Positions 39,101 to 49,353 are shown, counted from the stretch's first letter. The stretch: DNA of 58,239 nucleotides from Chthoniobacteraceae bacterium (GCA_031409335.1 JANNWY010000136.1:1-58239); one strand, 5' to 3'. Notes: generated from the sequence alone by a model not told the origin. A program made the numbers and translations.

Positions 39101-41500
39101 ATGAAAACCCTGCCGTCCCTCGTCTGCGCCTTTCTCGCCCTCTCTCCTTTCGCCTTCGGTGTGCCGTTCCTCACGGTCACGAATGTGGAGGTCACTGCGA
39201 TCCACCCGACGTTGGAATCCATGGGATTCACCGTGGAAGACCCTCCGGGAACGATCCGTACACTTCAGGGTGCGGGCGCGGCGCAAGCGGAGGTGCAATA
39301 TATCGCGGACGACTTGGGGCTGTTCCTCGATGCACAGGTGCAGACTTCTTCCGGCGGGAACGAACCGGGGTTGGCGGCGGAAATCGTCTTCACTTTCACC
39401 ACCACCAAAAAGATCGAGATCTTTACCACGATCGATCCGAGTCAAGGGCCGACCATCAAGACGTTCAACGGCGGACCGATCCCCGCCTTAGCCCCCGCGG
39501 GCACTCACACGATCCGGATGAAGGCGTCGGTCCCGACGGGGATTATTGGGATCACTTTTGAAATCGCAGAAGACACCTCCGTCATTCCCGACCCGGACCC
39601 CGGCCACGAGAACGTGGCCGACAAGCTGGCGTGGCGCAGCTACGCGAACGGGCTGTGGGATGTTGCGGCGAATTGGAAACCCTCGTTTGCGCCCACCTTG
39701 CTCGACACGGTTTGTTTCAACATCATCCCCACCACGGTGGCACAACGCACCGTGCCATTGCCGGACATCATCGTGACTTCCTCGGGCAATGAAGCGCGTG
39801 AGGTGAAGCAGATCGAGATAGCGCGGAGCGCGGTGAATCTGCGCGATTTTTCGCTGGCGACGGGCGATGGCGCGACCACCGGGAGCACGCTGACCATCGG
39901 CAACGGCGGGCGATTGACGCTGGATGCGACAGCTTCGCTTCCGGCATCGGGGCATGTGAATTTTTCCACGACGAACGCGATCATCGGCCTCGGCGCGGCG
40001 CAAACGATCGCGCCGGGCAGACGGCTTGCGTTGTCCGAAATGACCATCGGCCCGAATGTGCGGTGGCAGGACGCCAGCCTCTTCGTCATCGTGGGGCGGA
40101 CGATGAATGCGAGGCTCGCCATCGAGTCGCGGTTCACCGATCCGGCCACGAATAATACCGTCGGTGGCCAGATGCTCCTCGGCCTCGCGACTGGGGTGCG
40201 GGGCATCCTGGATGTCTTCGGCAGCTTGGAAGCGGACGACATCCTCGTCGGGGCCGCGCGACGCAGCGTGGGGACGGTCTTTGTGAAAAAGGGCGGAACC
40301 CTCGGCAGTCAGGACGGCCTGCTCGCGTCGAAAAAGGGGAGCAACGCGGGCGTGTTCGTATCCGACGAGGTCGTCGATGAGCCTGGCACCGATCGCGACT
40401 ACACCTCGCAGGGCCAGCATTCCGAATGGGCGATGACCGATCTGGCCATGAGCGGGCTGGCGAATGGCGGCGCGGGCTCCACCGAAGGCGGGGAGTCGCA
40501 GTTGTTCATCTCGTCCGGTGGGGTGGTCGAGGCCAATCAGGCGTCGCTCGGAAACATCCGCGCGACCAATGGCATCCCTGCGGTGGAAAAGGCGACGGTC
40601 TTCGTGGTCGGACATGATCCGGTGGATCGGGAAGTGTCTTTCTTCAATATCTCCGGGCCCCTCATCGTCGGCCCGTTCAGTCCGGGTGAAGTCAATGTTC
40701 TCGATGGAGGGCAAGTCCGTCCGGAAAGCGTCGCGATCGGCTCGCGCGGGCGCGTTTTCCTCCAGCGCGCCGCCGTGGATGAAAACGACGCGCTCATCGC
40801 CAAAAGCCGCCTCCAAGTTTTCACAGGTCAAGGGCCGCGCGCGGACGGGCCGGTGACGATTGCGGGCGGCGGTTTCATTTCGATGAGCAGCGGCACCGAT
40901 CTCCTCTGCGGCGATCTCACCATCGGCGGAATCCGGCGGACGGCCGCCGCCCTCTGCCGCATCGACGACAGCGAAACAACGCAGGAACTCAGCAAGATCG
41001 AAACCGGCAACATCAGCGTCGGAAATCTCGGCTTTCCCGGATTGCTCGATCTGAACTTGCCCACGGTCGAGGCCGAGCAATTCATCTCCGTCGATCTTGG
41101 TTCCGCCATCCGTGGAACGGGCGAACTGAAGTTTCGCAATCCCGCCGGACAACTCACCAATCGCGGCTCCATCATCGTCCCACCCGGCGCGGGAAAAGTG
41201 CTGCGGGTGGGCGGCGATTACATCCAGCCGAGCCCCGGCAAACTCGTCATCACCGTGAACCCAACGAACGTCGCGCCGAGCGCGCCCTTCATCGTCGAAG
41301 GCACGACCGTGCAGCTCAACGGCACCGTGGAACTGCGCTTCAGCGGCCAGCGCCGGCCGCGAACGGGTCAGGTCTATGCGCTCATCCGCGCGGACAACGC
41401 GACCAGCATCACGAACACCGCGACCTTCAAAATCACCGGCGCGATCGCGCGTTTCGATGTGATCGTCGAGCCATTCGGCGTGGCGCTCGTCATCAAATAG
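39101..41500 (+). CDS. Exported beta-strand-rich hypothetical protein (autotransporter passenger-like)
   Basis: Signal peptide; W....NW motif; Gly-rich beta repeats; V.GDYIQ...G.L..., L.GT.EL.F near the C-terminus. Confidence 0.65.
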   Translation: MKTLPSLVCAFLALSPFAFGVPFLTVTNVEVTAIHPTLESMGFTVEDPPGTIRTLQGAGAAQAEVQYIADDLGLFLDAQVQTSSGGNEPGLAAEIVFTFTTTKKIEIFTTIDPSQGPTIKTFNGGPIPALAPAGTHTIRMKASVPTGIIGITFEIAEDTSVIPDPDPGHENVADKLAWRSYANGLWDVAANWKPSFAPTLLDTVCFNIIPTTVAQRTVPLPDIIVTSSGNEAREVKQIEIARSAVNLRDFSLATGDGATTGSTLTIGNGGRLTLDATASLPASGHVNFSTTNAIIGLGAAQTIAPGRRLALSEMTIGPNVRWQDASLFVIVGRTMNARLAIESRFTDPATNNTVGGQMLLGLATGVRGILDVFGSLEADDILVGAARRSVGTVFVKKGGTLGSQDGLLASKKGSNAGVFVSDEVVDEPGTDRDYTSQGQHSEWAMTDLAMSGLANGGAGSTEGGESQLFISSGGVVEANQASLGNIRATNGIPAVEKATVFVVGHDPVDREVSFFNISGPLIVGPFSPGEVNVLDGGQVRPESVAIGSRGRVFLQRAAVDENDALIAKSRLQVFTGQGPRADGPVTIAGGGFISMSSGTDLLCGDLTIGGIRRTAAALCRIDDSETTQELSKIETGNISVGNLGFPGLLDLNLPTVEAEQFISVDLGSAIRGTGELKFRNPAGQLTNRGSIIVPPGAGKVLRVGGDYIQPSPGKLVITVNPTNVAPSAPFIVEGTTVQLNGTVELRFSGQRRPRTGQVYALIRADNATSITNTATFKITGAIARFDVIVEPFGVALVIK

Positions 41501-41612
41501 CGCGGGCGGAACGGACGGCGCGATCCTTTGAACGGGCGGCGCGCAGTCGGTGATTGCGCTTTCGCGCTGCGATGCGCGAAAAACGCCGCGTGACCCGAAT
41601 CCTCGAAACCTC

Positions 41613-42980
41613 ATGAGCATGGAATGGTCGCGGCTCCTTTCCTCCGACCGGCTCGGCTCGGATCGACCCACGTCGTTCGATCCGCTGCGTTCGCCGTTCA
41701 TCGTCGATTCCGATCGCGTCGTCTTTTCTTCGGCATTTCGGCGTTTGCAGGACAAGACGCAGGTCTTCCCGCTGGCGGACAACGACTACGTCCGCACCCG
41801 GCTCACGCATTCGCTGGAAGTCGCCAGCGTCGCCCGCTCGCTCGGGATGCGCGTGGGCGCGCGGATCGTGAAACGCGACGGGCTGGCGAAGCAGTTTCAC
41901 GCGTCGGATTTTGGCGCGATCGTCTCGGCGGCGGCGCTGGCGCACGATTTGGGGAATCCTCCGTTCGGGCATTCCGGCGAGGATGCGATCCGGCATTGGT
42001 TTAAGACCTCGCCGGTGGCCGGGCGGACGCGGCGCGAGTTGTCGCCGGATGAAGCGGCGGACTTTGCGAACTTCGAGGGCAACGCGCAGGGCTTTCGCAT
42101 CGTGGCACGGCTGCAAATGCCGGACAATCCCGGCCTGCGACTCACCTGCGCGACGCTCGGCGCCTTCACCAAATACCCGCGCGCGGCGCGTCTCCCGGCA
42201 CGGGTGAAGCCGAGCGGCGTCAGCTCGAAGAAGTTTGGATTTTTCCACGCGGAAAAAGCGCTTTTTGCAGAAGTCGCGGAGCGCACCGGGCTGCTCCAGC
42301 GCACCCGCGGCGTGGGCCGCTGGAGTCGGCATCCGCTCGCCTTTCTCGTCGAGGCCGCGGACGACATTTGCTACCGGCTCGTGGATTTCGAGGATGGGTT
42401 TCGCCTCAAGTTTTTGACTTTCGAGGAAGTGCGCGAGGCGTTTCTAAAAGTGAGCGGCGATCCGAAAGACTCGCAGCGCGCAGATCGGATGAAAGACCCC
42501 AAAGACCAAATCGCCTTTCTCCGAGCGCAGGCGATCGGCGCGGCGATCCAACAGGTGGCCGACGCTTTTCTCACGCATGAATCGGCGATTCTCACGGGTG
42601 AGTTCGATGAAGAATTGTTGAGCCTCGACATGCCCTGCCGCGACGCGCTTCAGAAAATAAAACAGCGCAGCAAAGCGACGATCTATGCCACTCCTCGCGG
42701 CGTCGAAATCGAGGCGGCGGGTTACGAGGTTCTGGGTGGCTTGCTCGATGTATTTTACGGGGCCACCGACGACATCGCGCGGCGGGGCAGGAAGGCCACG
42801 CGCAAGAGCGAGAAGCTGCTGAGTTTGATTCCCGCGCAGTTCCTCGGACCAGACGACCTGCCATCGCCGGAGCCATACGAGCGGCTGCTGCGCATGACCG
42901 ATTTCGTCTCCGGCATGACGGACAGCTACGCCGTGTCGCTTTACAAGAAAGTGCGCGGAATCTCGCTGCCGGGGCAGTGA
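41613..42980 (+). CDS. dgt: dGTP triphosphohydrolase
   Basis: FRRLQDKTQVF, RTRLTHSLEV, AHDLGNPPFGHSGE, FEGNAQ, EAADDICY, DFVSGMTD. Confidence 0.93.
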   Translation: MSMEWSRLLSSDRLGSDRPTSFDPLRSPFIVDSDRVVFSSAFRRLQDKTQVFPLADNDYVRTRLTHSLEVASVARSLGMRVGARIVKRDGLAKQFHASDFGAIVSAAALAHDLGNPPFGHSGEDAIRHWFKTSPVAGRTRRELSPDEAADFANFEGNAQGFRIVARLQMPDNPGLRLTCATLGAFTKYPRAARLPARVKPSGVSSKKFGFFHAEKALFAEVAERTGLLQRTRGVGRWSRHPLAFLVEAADDICYRLVDFEDGFRLKFLTFEEVREAFLKVSGDPKDSQRADRMKDPKDQIAFLRAQAIGAAIQQVADAFLTHESAILTGEFDEELLSLDMPCRDALQKIKQRSKATIYATPRGVEIEAAGYEVLGGLLDVFYGATDDIARRGRKATRKSEKLLSLIPAQFLGPDDLPSPEPYERLLRMTDFVSGMTDSYAVSLYKKVRGISLPGQ

Positions 42981-43041
42981 ACTGCGGACCGTGGCACGCC
43001 TCCCGCTAATACCATCAATTGTGATTTGGTGGTGATTGGCG

Positions 43042-43121
43042 GGGAGGGCGAGTCTTCAGCCGGGAGCTGCGGTGCGAAAAGCACACGCGCTCGGCGCAAG
43101 ACTCGCCCTCCCTGTTTTTTT
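43042..43121 (+). terminator. REP-like GC-rich hairpin followed by a T tract
   Basis: gggagggcgagtctt (43042) pairs with aagactcgccctccc (ends 43112), followed by tgttttttt. Confidence 0.65.
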
Positions 43122-43200
43122 CGTGCCGACGAGTTCACCCGATTGTCGCTTTGCGCGGAAACACCAGCGCGGCTAGCCTCTGCCGATTGGTTTCCAGAGC

Positions 43201-45333
43201 ATGAAGACATTTTCCGCAGCGCATTTTATCAGCAGGGAGTTGAGCTGGCTGGAATTCAACCAGCGCGTGCTCAATCAGGCGCTTGATCGGGCGACGCCGC
43301 TGCTCGAGCGCGTGAAGTTTTTCACCATCACGAGTTCAAATCTGGATGAGTTTTTTGAAGTGCGCGTCGCCGGCTTGAAGCAGCAGATCGAGTCGGACAT
43401 CGTCGAGCGCAGCTTCGACGGGCGTACGGCGTCGGAGACTTTTCGCGCGGTACGGCAGCGGGTGAAGCAGATGGTCGATCAGCAATTCCGCTGCTGGCGC
43501 GACGACATTCTCCCCGCGCTCGCGAAGAATGGTTTTCAATTTCTGACGTGGGACAAACTCGACCGCGCGGACCGCGATTTTCTCGAGGATTATTATTTCC
43601 GCAATGTGCGCCCGGTGCTGACCCCGCTCGGCATCGATCCCGCGCATCCCTTCCCGCAACTCCTGAACAAGTCGCTGAACATCGCCGTGCAACTCGAGAT
43701 CGAGCGCGCCGGTGAAGTGCAGCGCCGGCTTGCCGTTGTGCAGGTGCCGCGCGTGTTGCCGCGGCTGGTGAAACTGCCGCGCGCGAACGATGAGGACGGC
43801 TACATCTTCATGGGCCACCTCATCGGCCACTATCTCGCCGATCTTTTTCCCGGCACCACGATCCTCGGCTTCTGGCACTTTCGGGTGACGCGAAACAGCG
43901 AACTTTATATCGACGAGGAGGACGTGGGGAATTTGTTGAGCGCCGTGGAGGCCGAGCTGCACAATCGCCGTCGCGGCGCCGCCGTCCGGCTCGAGGTAGA
44001 TCACAACTGCCCCGGCGAGATTTACCACTACCTGCTCGAGACGCTCGATCTCACGCCCGACGATCTCTACATCATCGACGGTCCGCTGAATCCGATCCGC
44101 CTGATGGCGATCTGCGAGGGCGATCACTCGCCAGAGCTGCGCGACAAACCGTTCGTCGCGCCGGTCGCCATGCCGTTCCGCGATGGCGCGGATCCTTTCT
44201 CCGTCATCCGCCAGCGCGATGTGCTGCTGCATCATCCGTACGACAATTTCAGCAGCGTCGTCGATTTTCTCGAAACCGCTTCCCGCGATCCGCACGTGCT
44301 CGCGATCAAGCAAACACTTTACCGCACCGGCGGCGATCCGCGCATCGTCGGCGCGCTGATGAACGCGGTGAAAAACGGCAAGCAAGTCACCGCCGTCACC
44401 GAGCTGAAAGCGCGCTTCGACGAGGCGAACAACATCCTCTGGGCGCGGCGCTTGGAGGAAGCGGGCGTCCACGTCGTGTACGGCATCGTGCATCACAAAG
44501 TTCACTGCAAAGTCGCGCTGGTCGTGCGGAAGGATGAGGACGGCCTGCGCCGTTATCTGCATCTCGGCACCGGCAATTACAACCCGAGCACCGGCCGCCT
44601 CTACACCGACGTCTCGCTTTTCACCGTCGATCCCGAGTGCGTCGAGGACGCGACGAATCTCTTCAACATGCTGACCGGCCTCTGCGAGTTTCAGGGCGCG
44701 AAAAAGCTGCTCATCGCGCCCTTCACCGTCCACGCGACGATGATGAAACGCATCAAACAGGAGACCGATCACGCCGGGCAGGGCAAACCCGCGCGCATCA
44801 TCGCAAAGATGAACGCGCTCGTGGATCGCGAAGTCATCGAGGCGCTCTACCGCGCGTCACAAGCTGGTGTGCGGGTCGATCTCATCGTCCGCGGCACCTG
44901 CTGCCTGCGGCCTGGAGTTCCCGGGCTCAGCGAGAATATCCACGTCCGCTCGATCGTCGGCCGCTTTTTGGAACACTCGCGCATTTTCTATTTTGAAAAC
45001 GCCGGAGCACCGCGGGCGTATCTCGGCAGCGCGGACTGGATGCCGCGGAATTTTTTCCGCCGCGTCGAGGTCGTCTTCCCGATCTCGGACTCGGTGAATC
45101 GCGAGCGCGTGCTCACCCAAATCCTCGCCACGCAACTCGCCGACAACCGGCAGGCGTGGGTGCTCGAGCCGGATGGAAGTTACGCACCGCCAGTGGTCCC
45201 GAAGGGCGCGACGCTGCGCGACAGCCAGGCCGAATTCATGGCAATCGCGCTCGGCGCCACGAAGGTGCGGCGCAAATCCCGGGCCCATGCCAACGGCATC
45301 CCAAAGCTCGAAGTCGCGCGAAAGCCGAAGTGA
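43201..45333 (+). CDS. ppk1: Polyphosphate kinase 1
   Basis: RELSWLEFNQRVL, SSNLDEFFEVRVAGL, DVLLHHPY, IKQTLYR, ELKARFDE, GTGNYN, GRFLEHSR, SADWMPRN. Confidence 0.97.
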   Translation: MKTFSAAHFISRELSWLEFNQRVLNQALDRATPLLERVKFFTITSSNLDEFFEVRVAGLKQQIESDIVERSFDGRTASETFRAVRQRVKQMVDQQFRCWRDDILPALAKNGFQFLTWDKLDRADRDFLEDYYFRNVRPVLTPLGIDPAHPFPQLLNKSLNIAVQLEIERAGEVQRRLAVVQVPRVLPRLVKLPRANDEDGYIFMGHLIGHYLADLFPGTTILGFWHFRVTRNSELYIDEEDVGNLLSAVEAELHNRRRGAAVRLEVDHNCPGEIYHYLLETLDLTPDDLYIIDGPLNPIRLMAICEGDHSPELRDKPFVAPVAMPFRDGADPFSVIRQRDVLLHHPYDNFSSVVDFLETASRDPHVLAIKQTLYRTGGDPRIVGALMNAVKNGKQVTAVTELKARFDEANNILWARRLEEAGVHVVYGIVHHKVHCKVALVVRKDEDGLRRYLHLGTGNYNPSTGRLYTDVSLFTVDPECVEDATNLFNMLTGLCEFQGAKKLLIAPFTVHATMMKRIKQETDHAGQGKPARIIAKMNALVDREVIEALYRASQAGVRVDLIVRGTCCLRPGVPGLSENIHVRSIVGRFLEHSRIFYFENAGAPRAYLGSADWMPRNFFRRVEVVFPISDSVNRERVLTQILATQLADNRQAWVLEPDGSYAPPVVPKGATLRDSQAEFMAIALGATKVRRKSRAHANGIPKLEVARKPK

Positions 45334-45336
45334 CTT

Positions 45337-46212
45337 TTACGGCAGAATCTCAGTCCCGACGCCGCTGTTCGTGAAGATTTCCAGCAGCATCGAGTGCGGC
45401 GTGCGCCCGTCGATGAAGTGAACTTTCTTCACGCCCTGCCCCAGCGCGTGCAGCGCGCTTTCCACTTTGGGAATCATGCCACCGTCGATGATTTCGTCCT
45501 CGCGGAGTTGCTCGATCATTTCGCGGGTGACGGACGGGATCAGTGAATCGCGATCGGTCGGATCGCGCATGATGCCGGGCACGTCGCTGAGGTAGATGAA
45601 CTTCGCCGCTTTCAAGCGACCGGCGATCGTGCCCGCCGCCATGTCCGCGTTGATATTGAGCACGCGGCCCTCCGCGTCGGTCGCGAGCGGGGAAATCACG
45701 GGCACGGTTTCGTTCGCGATCGCGGCAAGGATAGGCTCGAGTTTTACGTCGATCACCTCGCCGACGAATCCGAGATCGACCTCGATCGCTTTTCCTTCGG
45801 TTTGCAGCGGCAGCTTTTTGCCGACGAGGACATCGCGCCCGCGGACCGTGATGCCCTTGCCGCCGAATTCATTCAGCCGCGCGACGATGCCGGGATTGAT
45901 CTCGTTATCGAGCACATCCTCGACGATGCCGATCGCCTGTTCATCGGTGACGCGCAACCCGTTCACGAAACGCGGCTTTTGGCCGGCGTCGCGCATTTTG
46001 TTGGTGATGGATTTGCCGCCGCCGTGGATCAACACCGGATTGATGCCGACCGCTTCGAGGAACACGACATCGCGTAGAAACCGCTCAACGACCTGCGGAT
46101 CCTCCATCGCGCTGCCGCCGTATTTGATGACAAAAAGCGCGCCTCGAAATCGCTGGATGTAAGGCAGCGCCTCGATGAGTGCTTCGGCGCGAGTGATCGG
46201 TGAGAGGGCCAT
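45337..46212 (-). CDS. argB: Acetylglutamate kinase
   Basis: EALPYIQRF, IKYGGSAM, HGGG, NGLRVTD, NINAD, GGMIPK. Confidence 0.97.
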   Translation of the reverse strand: MALSPITRAEALIEALPYIQRFRGALFVIKYGGSAMEDPQVVERFLRDVVFLEAVGINPVLIHGGGKSITNKMRDAGQKPRFVNGLRVTDEQAIGIVEDVLDNEINPGIVARLNEFGGKGITVRGRDVLVGKKLPLQTEGKAIEVDLGFVGEVIDVKLEPILAAIANETVPVISPLATDAEGRVLNINADMAAGTIAGRLKAAKFIYLSDVPGIMRDPTDRDSLIPSVTREMIEQLREDEIIDGGMIPKVESALHALGQGVKKVHFIDGRTPHSMLLEIFTNSGVGTEILP

Positions 46213-46260
46213 TTCGGGGAAAGTAGAAAGTGAAACGCGGGAAGTGAAAAGCCCCGTTCC

Positions 46261-47475
46261 TCACTCGCCCATGTTCAGCTTTACGTAATCGACGCTGAGG
46301 TCGGTCGTATAAACGGTGTATTCGCCGGGGCCGAGATTGAGGTCGATCGTCACTTTGAAACGCGGCTCCGCCACGAGCGCCTGCAATTTCGCGGCGGGCG
46401 TTTTGCTGGCGATGCCGCCTTTCACCGCGATCACACCGTCATAGAAAATATCCACGAGTTCCTCGCGCACCTTCGCGCCCGAGTAGCCAATCGCGTCCAT
46501 GATGCGGCCCCAATTTGGATCGCCGCCAAACCACGCGCATTTCACCAGGCTCGATTTCGCCACGGCCTCCGCGGCCTTGCGCGCATCCGAGTAGCCCACC
46601 GCGCCGTTCACCTGCACTTCCACAAATTTCGTCACGCCCTCGCCGTCCTGCACGATCATGCGCGCGAGCGTTTGCGTCACGTGATCGAGCGCGCGCTGAA
46701 AGATTTTCAAGTCCGCGTGCGAAGCCCGCAGCGACTTGTTCCCGGCGAGCCCGTTCGCGAGGAGAATCACGGAGTCGTTCGTGCTCATGTCGCCGTCGAT
46801 CGTGATGCGATTGAACGATTGCTCCACGGAAACACTGAGCGCGTTTTGCAGCACCGCTTTCCCGATCGCCACATCTGTCGTCAGGAAACACAGCATCGTC
46901 GCCATGTTCGGATCGATCATCCCCGCGCCCTTTGCGATGCCGCCGATGCGCACGGGCTGGCCGTCGATTTCAAATTCGACGGCGCATTCCTTTGCAAAAG
47001 TATCGCTCGTCATGATCGCACCCGCCGCCCGCGCGCTGCCCGCCGCGCAGAGCGCCGCGGGAAATTGCCCCGCGATCGTCGTCTCGATTTTTTCGATTGG
47101 CAAAGGCACGCCGATGCGCCCCGTCGAGCACACCATCACCTGCCGCTCGCGCAGCCCCAGCGCATCCGCCGTCGCGCGCACCATGCGCTTCGCCGTCTCG
47201 ATGCCGCCGACACCTGTGCAGGCATTGGCGTTGCCCGCGTTCGCGACGATCGCCCGCACATCGGTCGAGCGGAGATTCGCCCGCGAGACGCGCACCGGCG
47301 CCGCCTTCACACGGTTCGTGGTGAAAGTGGCCGCGACCTCCGTGGGCTGCGGGGAAAAGACGACCGCGATGTCCGGTCGGTCCAGGTTCGTGGCCTTGAT
47401 GCCGCAATACGCGCTGCCCGCGAGGAAGCCCTGCGGCGCGGTGATCCCGCCGGTGATTTCGGTGAATGAAGACAT
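46261..47475 (-). CDS. argJ: Glutamate N-acetyltransferase / ornithine acetyltransferase
   Basis: NAGNANAC, STGRIG, IMTSDT, KGAGMIDPNMATML, DGDMSTND, DGEG.TK, GGDPNWGRI. Confidence 0.97.
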   Translation of the reverse strand: MSSFTEITGGITAPQGFLAGSAYCGIKATNLDRPDIAVVFSPQPTEVAATFTTNRVKAAPVRVSRANLRSTDVRAIVANAGNANACTGVGGIETAKRMVRATADALGLRERQVMVCSTGRIGVPLPIEKIETTIAGQFPAALCAAGSARAAGAIMTSDTFAKECAVEFEIDGQPVRIGGIAKGAGMIDPNMATMLCFLTTDVAIGKAVLQNALSVSVEQSFNRITIDGDMSTNDSVILLANGLAGNKSLRASHADLKIFQRALDHVTQTLARMIVQDGEGVTKFVEVQVNGAVGYSDARKAAEAVAKSSLVKCAWFGGDPNWGRIMDAIGYSGAKVREELVDIFYDGVIAVKGGIASKTPAAKLQALVAEPRFKVTIDLNLGPGEYTVYTTDLSVDYVKLNMGE

Positions 47476-47608
47476 GACGCTGCTGGGAACTGGGTGAAGC
47501 TCGCGGACGATTCGGGAGCGGAAAAAATCACAGCGGATTTGTTTCGGAAGGCGAGCACGGATTCGGAAAAAATGTGGCGGGCGAATGCTGTCGTCCGTTT
47601 CGGGACGA

Positions 47609-49051
47609 TCACGGGTAAGGCCAGACCAAGTCGGGTTGCCTTGCCGCCGATTTGCTTTTGTCGAAGGCGGCAGCTCCGTCGTCCGAAAGGTTTGGCCCAA
47701 CAGAATAGAGAACGAACCCTCCACCCTCCTTGCGGCGATAGATCATCGGTTTGGCGCTGTAAATATCGTCGGGCACCCTCGCGATAAAATCGGGAGCGAG
47801 TTCAGTAAGTGATTTGGGTGGCAGCCCGCGCTTGATTTCAAAACGCTCAATCGCAATGGCGAGCGTTCCTTGGTCCAATCGAGTTTGCACAAGTGCGAAC
47901 ATCTCCGCGACGGTGGAAAAGACTGGAGCCGAGATCTTAAAAAACGCGAACCAAACGTCGTCGATTCCCTGGAACTGATCCGCGCCCGAGGGAGTTGCGC
48001 GGTCGGGGTCATACTTTGTGCCTTCTGCGTTCACTCGTCCGAGGAGTTCATCGAAGTAGCGATTGGCGCGGAGTTGATTGTCTCGAAACATGCGATCGGG
48101 CATGAGCAACGCAAAGGCATACCCAATCGGTGGCCCCGAAAAGCCGGGCAGACCCGGTATTGCGCTTATTTCGCTGGCACGTTCCCACGGGGACTTGTCG
48201 ATATACTTATCCTCGATTCCGTTCCCAAATCCGCGTTCGCTCGCAAACGAGTATTTGTAGCCATCCCAAACCCTCACTGCCGCGAAGTCTTCGGCGATCT
48301 TTTGTAAGTTCTCATCGTCCCACGAGTGGTCTGCGAGACCCGCGCCCGCGGTCCAAATTGCAGTTTGAAGGCAAGTGATCCTGACGAGGCCGCAGATCAA
48401 AGCAGGTTCGTTCGCCAATGAGAAATACGCCTGCAAGCAGTTCCGAAAATCGTCGTACGCAGCGACTGAATTGCCGAGTGCAAGCTGTGTCTGCGCTCGC
48501 AGTGAAAAGAGCTTGGCCGCATTCGCAAACAGGCCCAGATGCGGAAACGGGATGGCCGCACCGGCGTTTAGGTCCAAATCGAAGCGACACTGTTTGCGCG
48601 TCCTCCATTCGCTCCATTCCTGAAACTGCGGCGCGTAATGTTCGAGCGCGCGAAGCACATCGCGCGGGGGCGAGTCTGTCGTCTCGGAAATGAAGCCTGC
48701 GTCTTTGAAATAGCTCTGCCACTTTTGCCAATCGAGACGCTCTCCTTTCAGTGGATCGCCGAAGCTGGGCGGGTTTGCGGTGGGCAAAGCCATCGGACTT
48801 TTCGCGCCTGCTTTCATCATCGCGCGCATCATCGGCAGCGCGGCGAAGTTTTCCTCATCGGGAATTTTTGGCGGGGCGAAATCCGTGAGATTCAGTTTCA
48901 CCCCGCGCGCCCGCGCTTCCGTGGCATAAGTCTGCCAGCGGCGTTCAGCCTTCCAGTTCAGGAAAAAATGCAGGCACACGCAGAGCGCGAGAAACACGGT
49001 GCATCCCGCGAAAATGGGGTGGGAACGGAACCAGGCCAACAGCTTGCGCAT
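47609..49051 (-). CDS. Membrane-anchored hypothetical protein
   Basis: N-terminal TM; C-terminal ALAIERF....G..P.SL.EL.P.F....P.D......Y......F.LYSVGPN..DDG (GspG/pilin-like C-terminus). Confidence 0.75.
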   Translation of the reverse strand: MRKLLAWFRSHPIFAGCTVFLALCVCLHFFLNWKAERRWQTYATEARARGVKLNLTDFAPPKIPDEENFAALPMMRAMMKAGAKSPMALPTANPPSFGDPLKGERLDWQKWQSYFKDAGFISETTDSPPRDVLRALEHYAPQFQEWSEWRTRKQCRFDLDLNAGAAIPFPHLGLFANAAKLFSLRAQTQLALGNSVAAYDDFRNCLQAYFSLANEPALICGLVRITCLQTAIWTAGAGLADHSWDDENLQKIAEDFAAVRVWDGYKYSFASERGFGNGIEDKYIDKSPWERASEISAIPGLPGFSGPPIGYAFALLMPDRMFRDNQLRANRYFDELLGRVNAEGTKYDPDRATPSGADQFQGIDDVWFAFFKISAPVFSTVAEMFALVQTRLDQGTLAIAIERFEIKRGLPPKSLTELAPDFIARVPDDIYSAKPMIYRRKEGGGFVLYSVGPNLSDDGAAAFDKSKSAARQPDLVWPYP

Positions 49052-49118
49052 CGCGCGAAAGTAACGGGCAGCTCACGGAAGGAAAGGCTCGGGAATTCGG
49101 TGAGCAGGGCAAATGCAT

Positions 49119-49326
49119 CAAAGCTGTCATTTCGACCGAAGCGGAGGCGGTAAAGCGGGCGGAGCGCAGTGGAGAAACCTCTCACTTTGCCTTTCGGGCC
49201 AGGTGGCGCGGAGCGCAAATGTCGTGCGGCTCCGCCCCGCCTTCGCCCGCCGAAGAAAAGTGAGAGGTTTCTCCACTGCGCTCCGCCCACTGGCCCGCCT
49301 CCGCTTCGGTCGAAATGACAGCTTTG
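49119..49326. repeat. Large palindromic REPIN/MITE-like element (~208 bp)
   Basis: caaagctgtcatttcgaccgaagcggaggcgg...gggcggagcgcagtggagaaacctctcacttt is mirrored by aaagtgagaggtttctccactgcgctccgccc...ccgcctccgcttcggtcgaaatgacagctttg. Confidence 0.9.
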
Positions 49327-49353
49327 GCTTTTTGACGCAGCGCACGGCTCGGC

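Noticed and set aside
41613..42980. dGTPase as an anti-phage system
   Set aside because: Host-like composition and a housekeeping neighbourhood (ppk1, argBJ).
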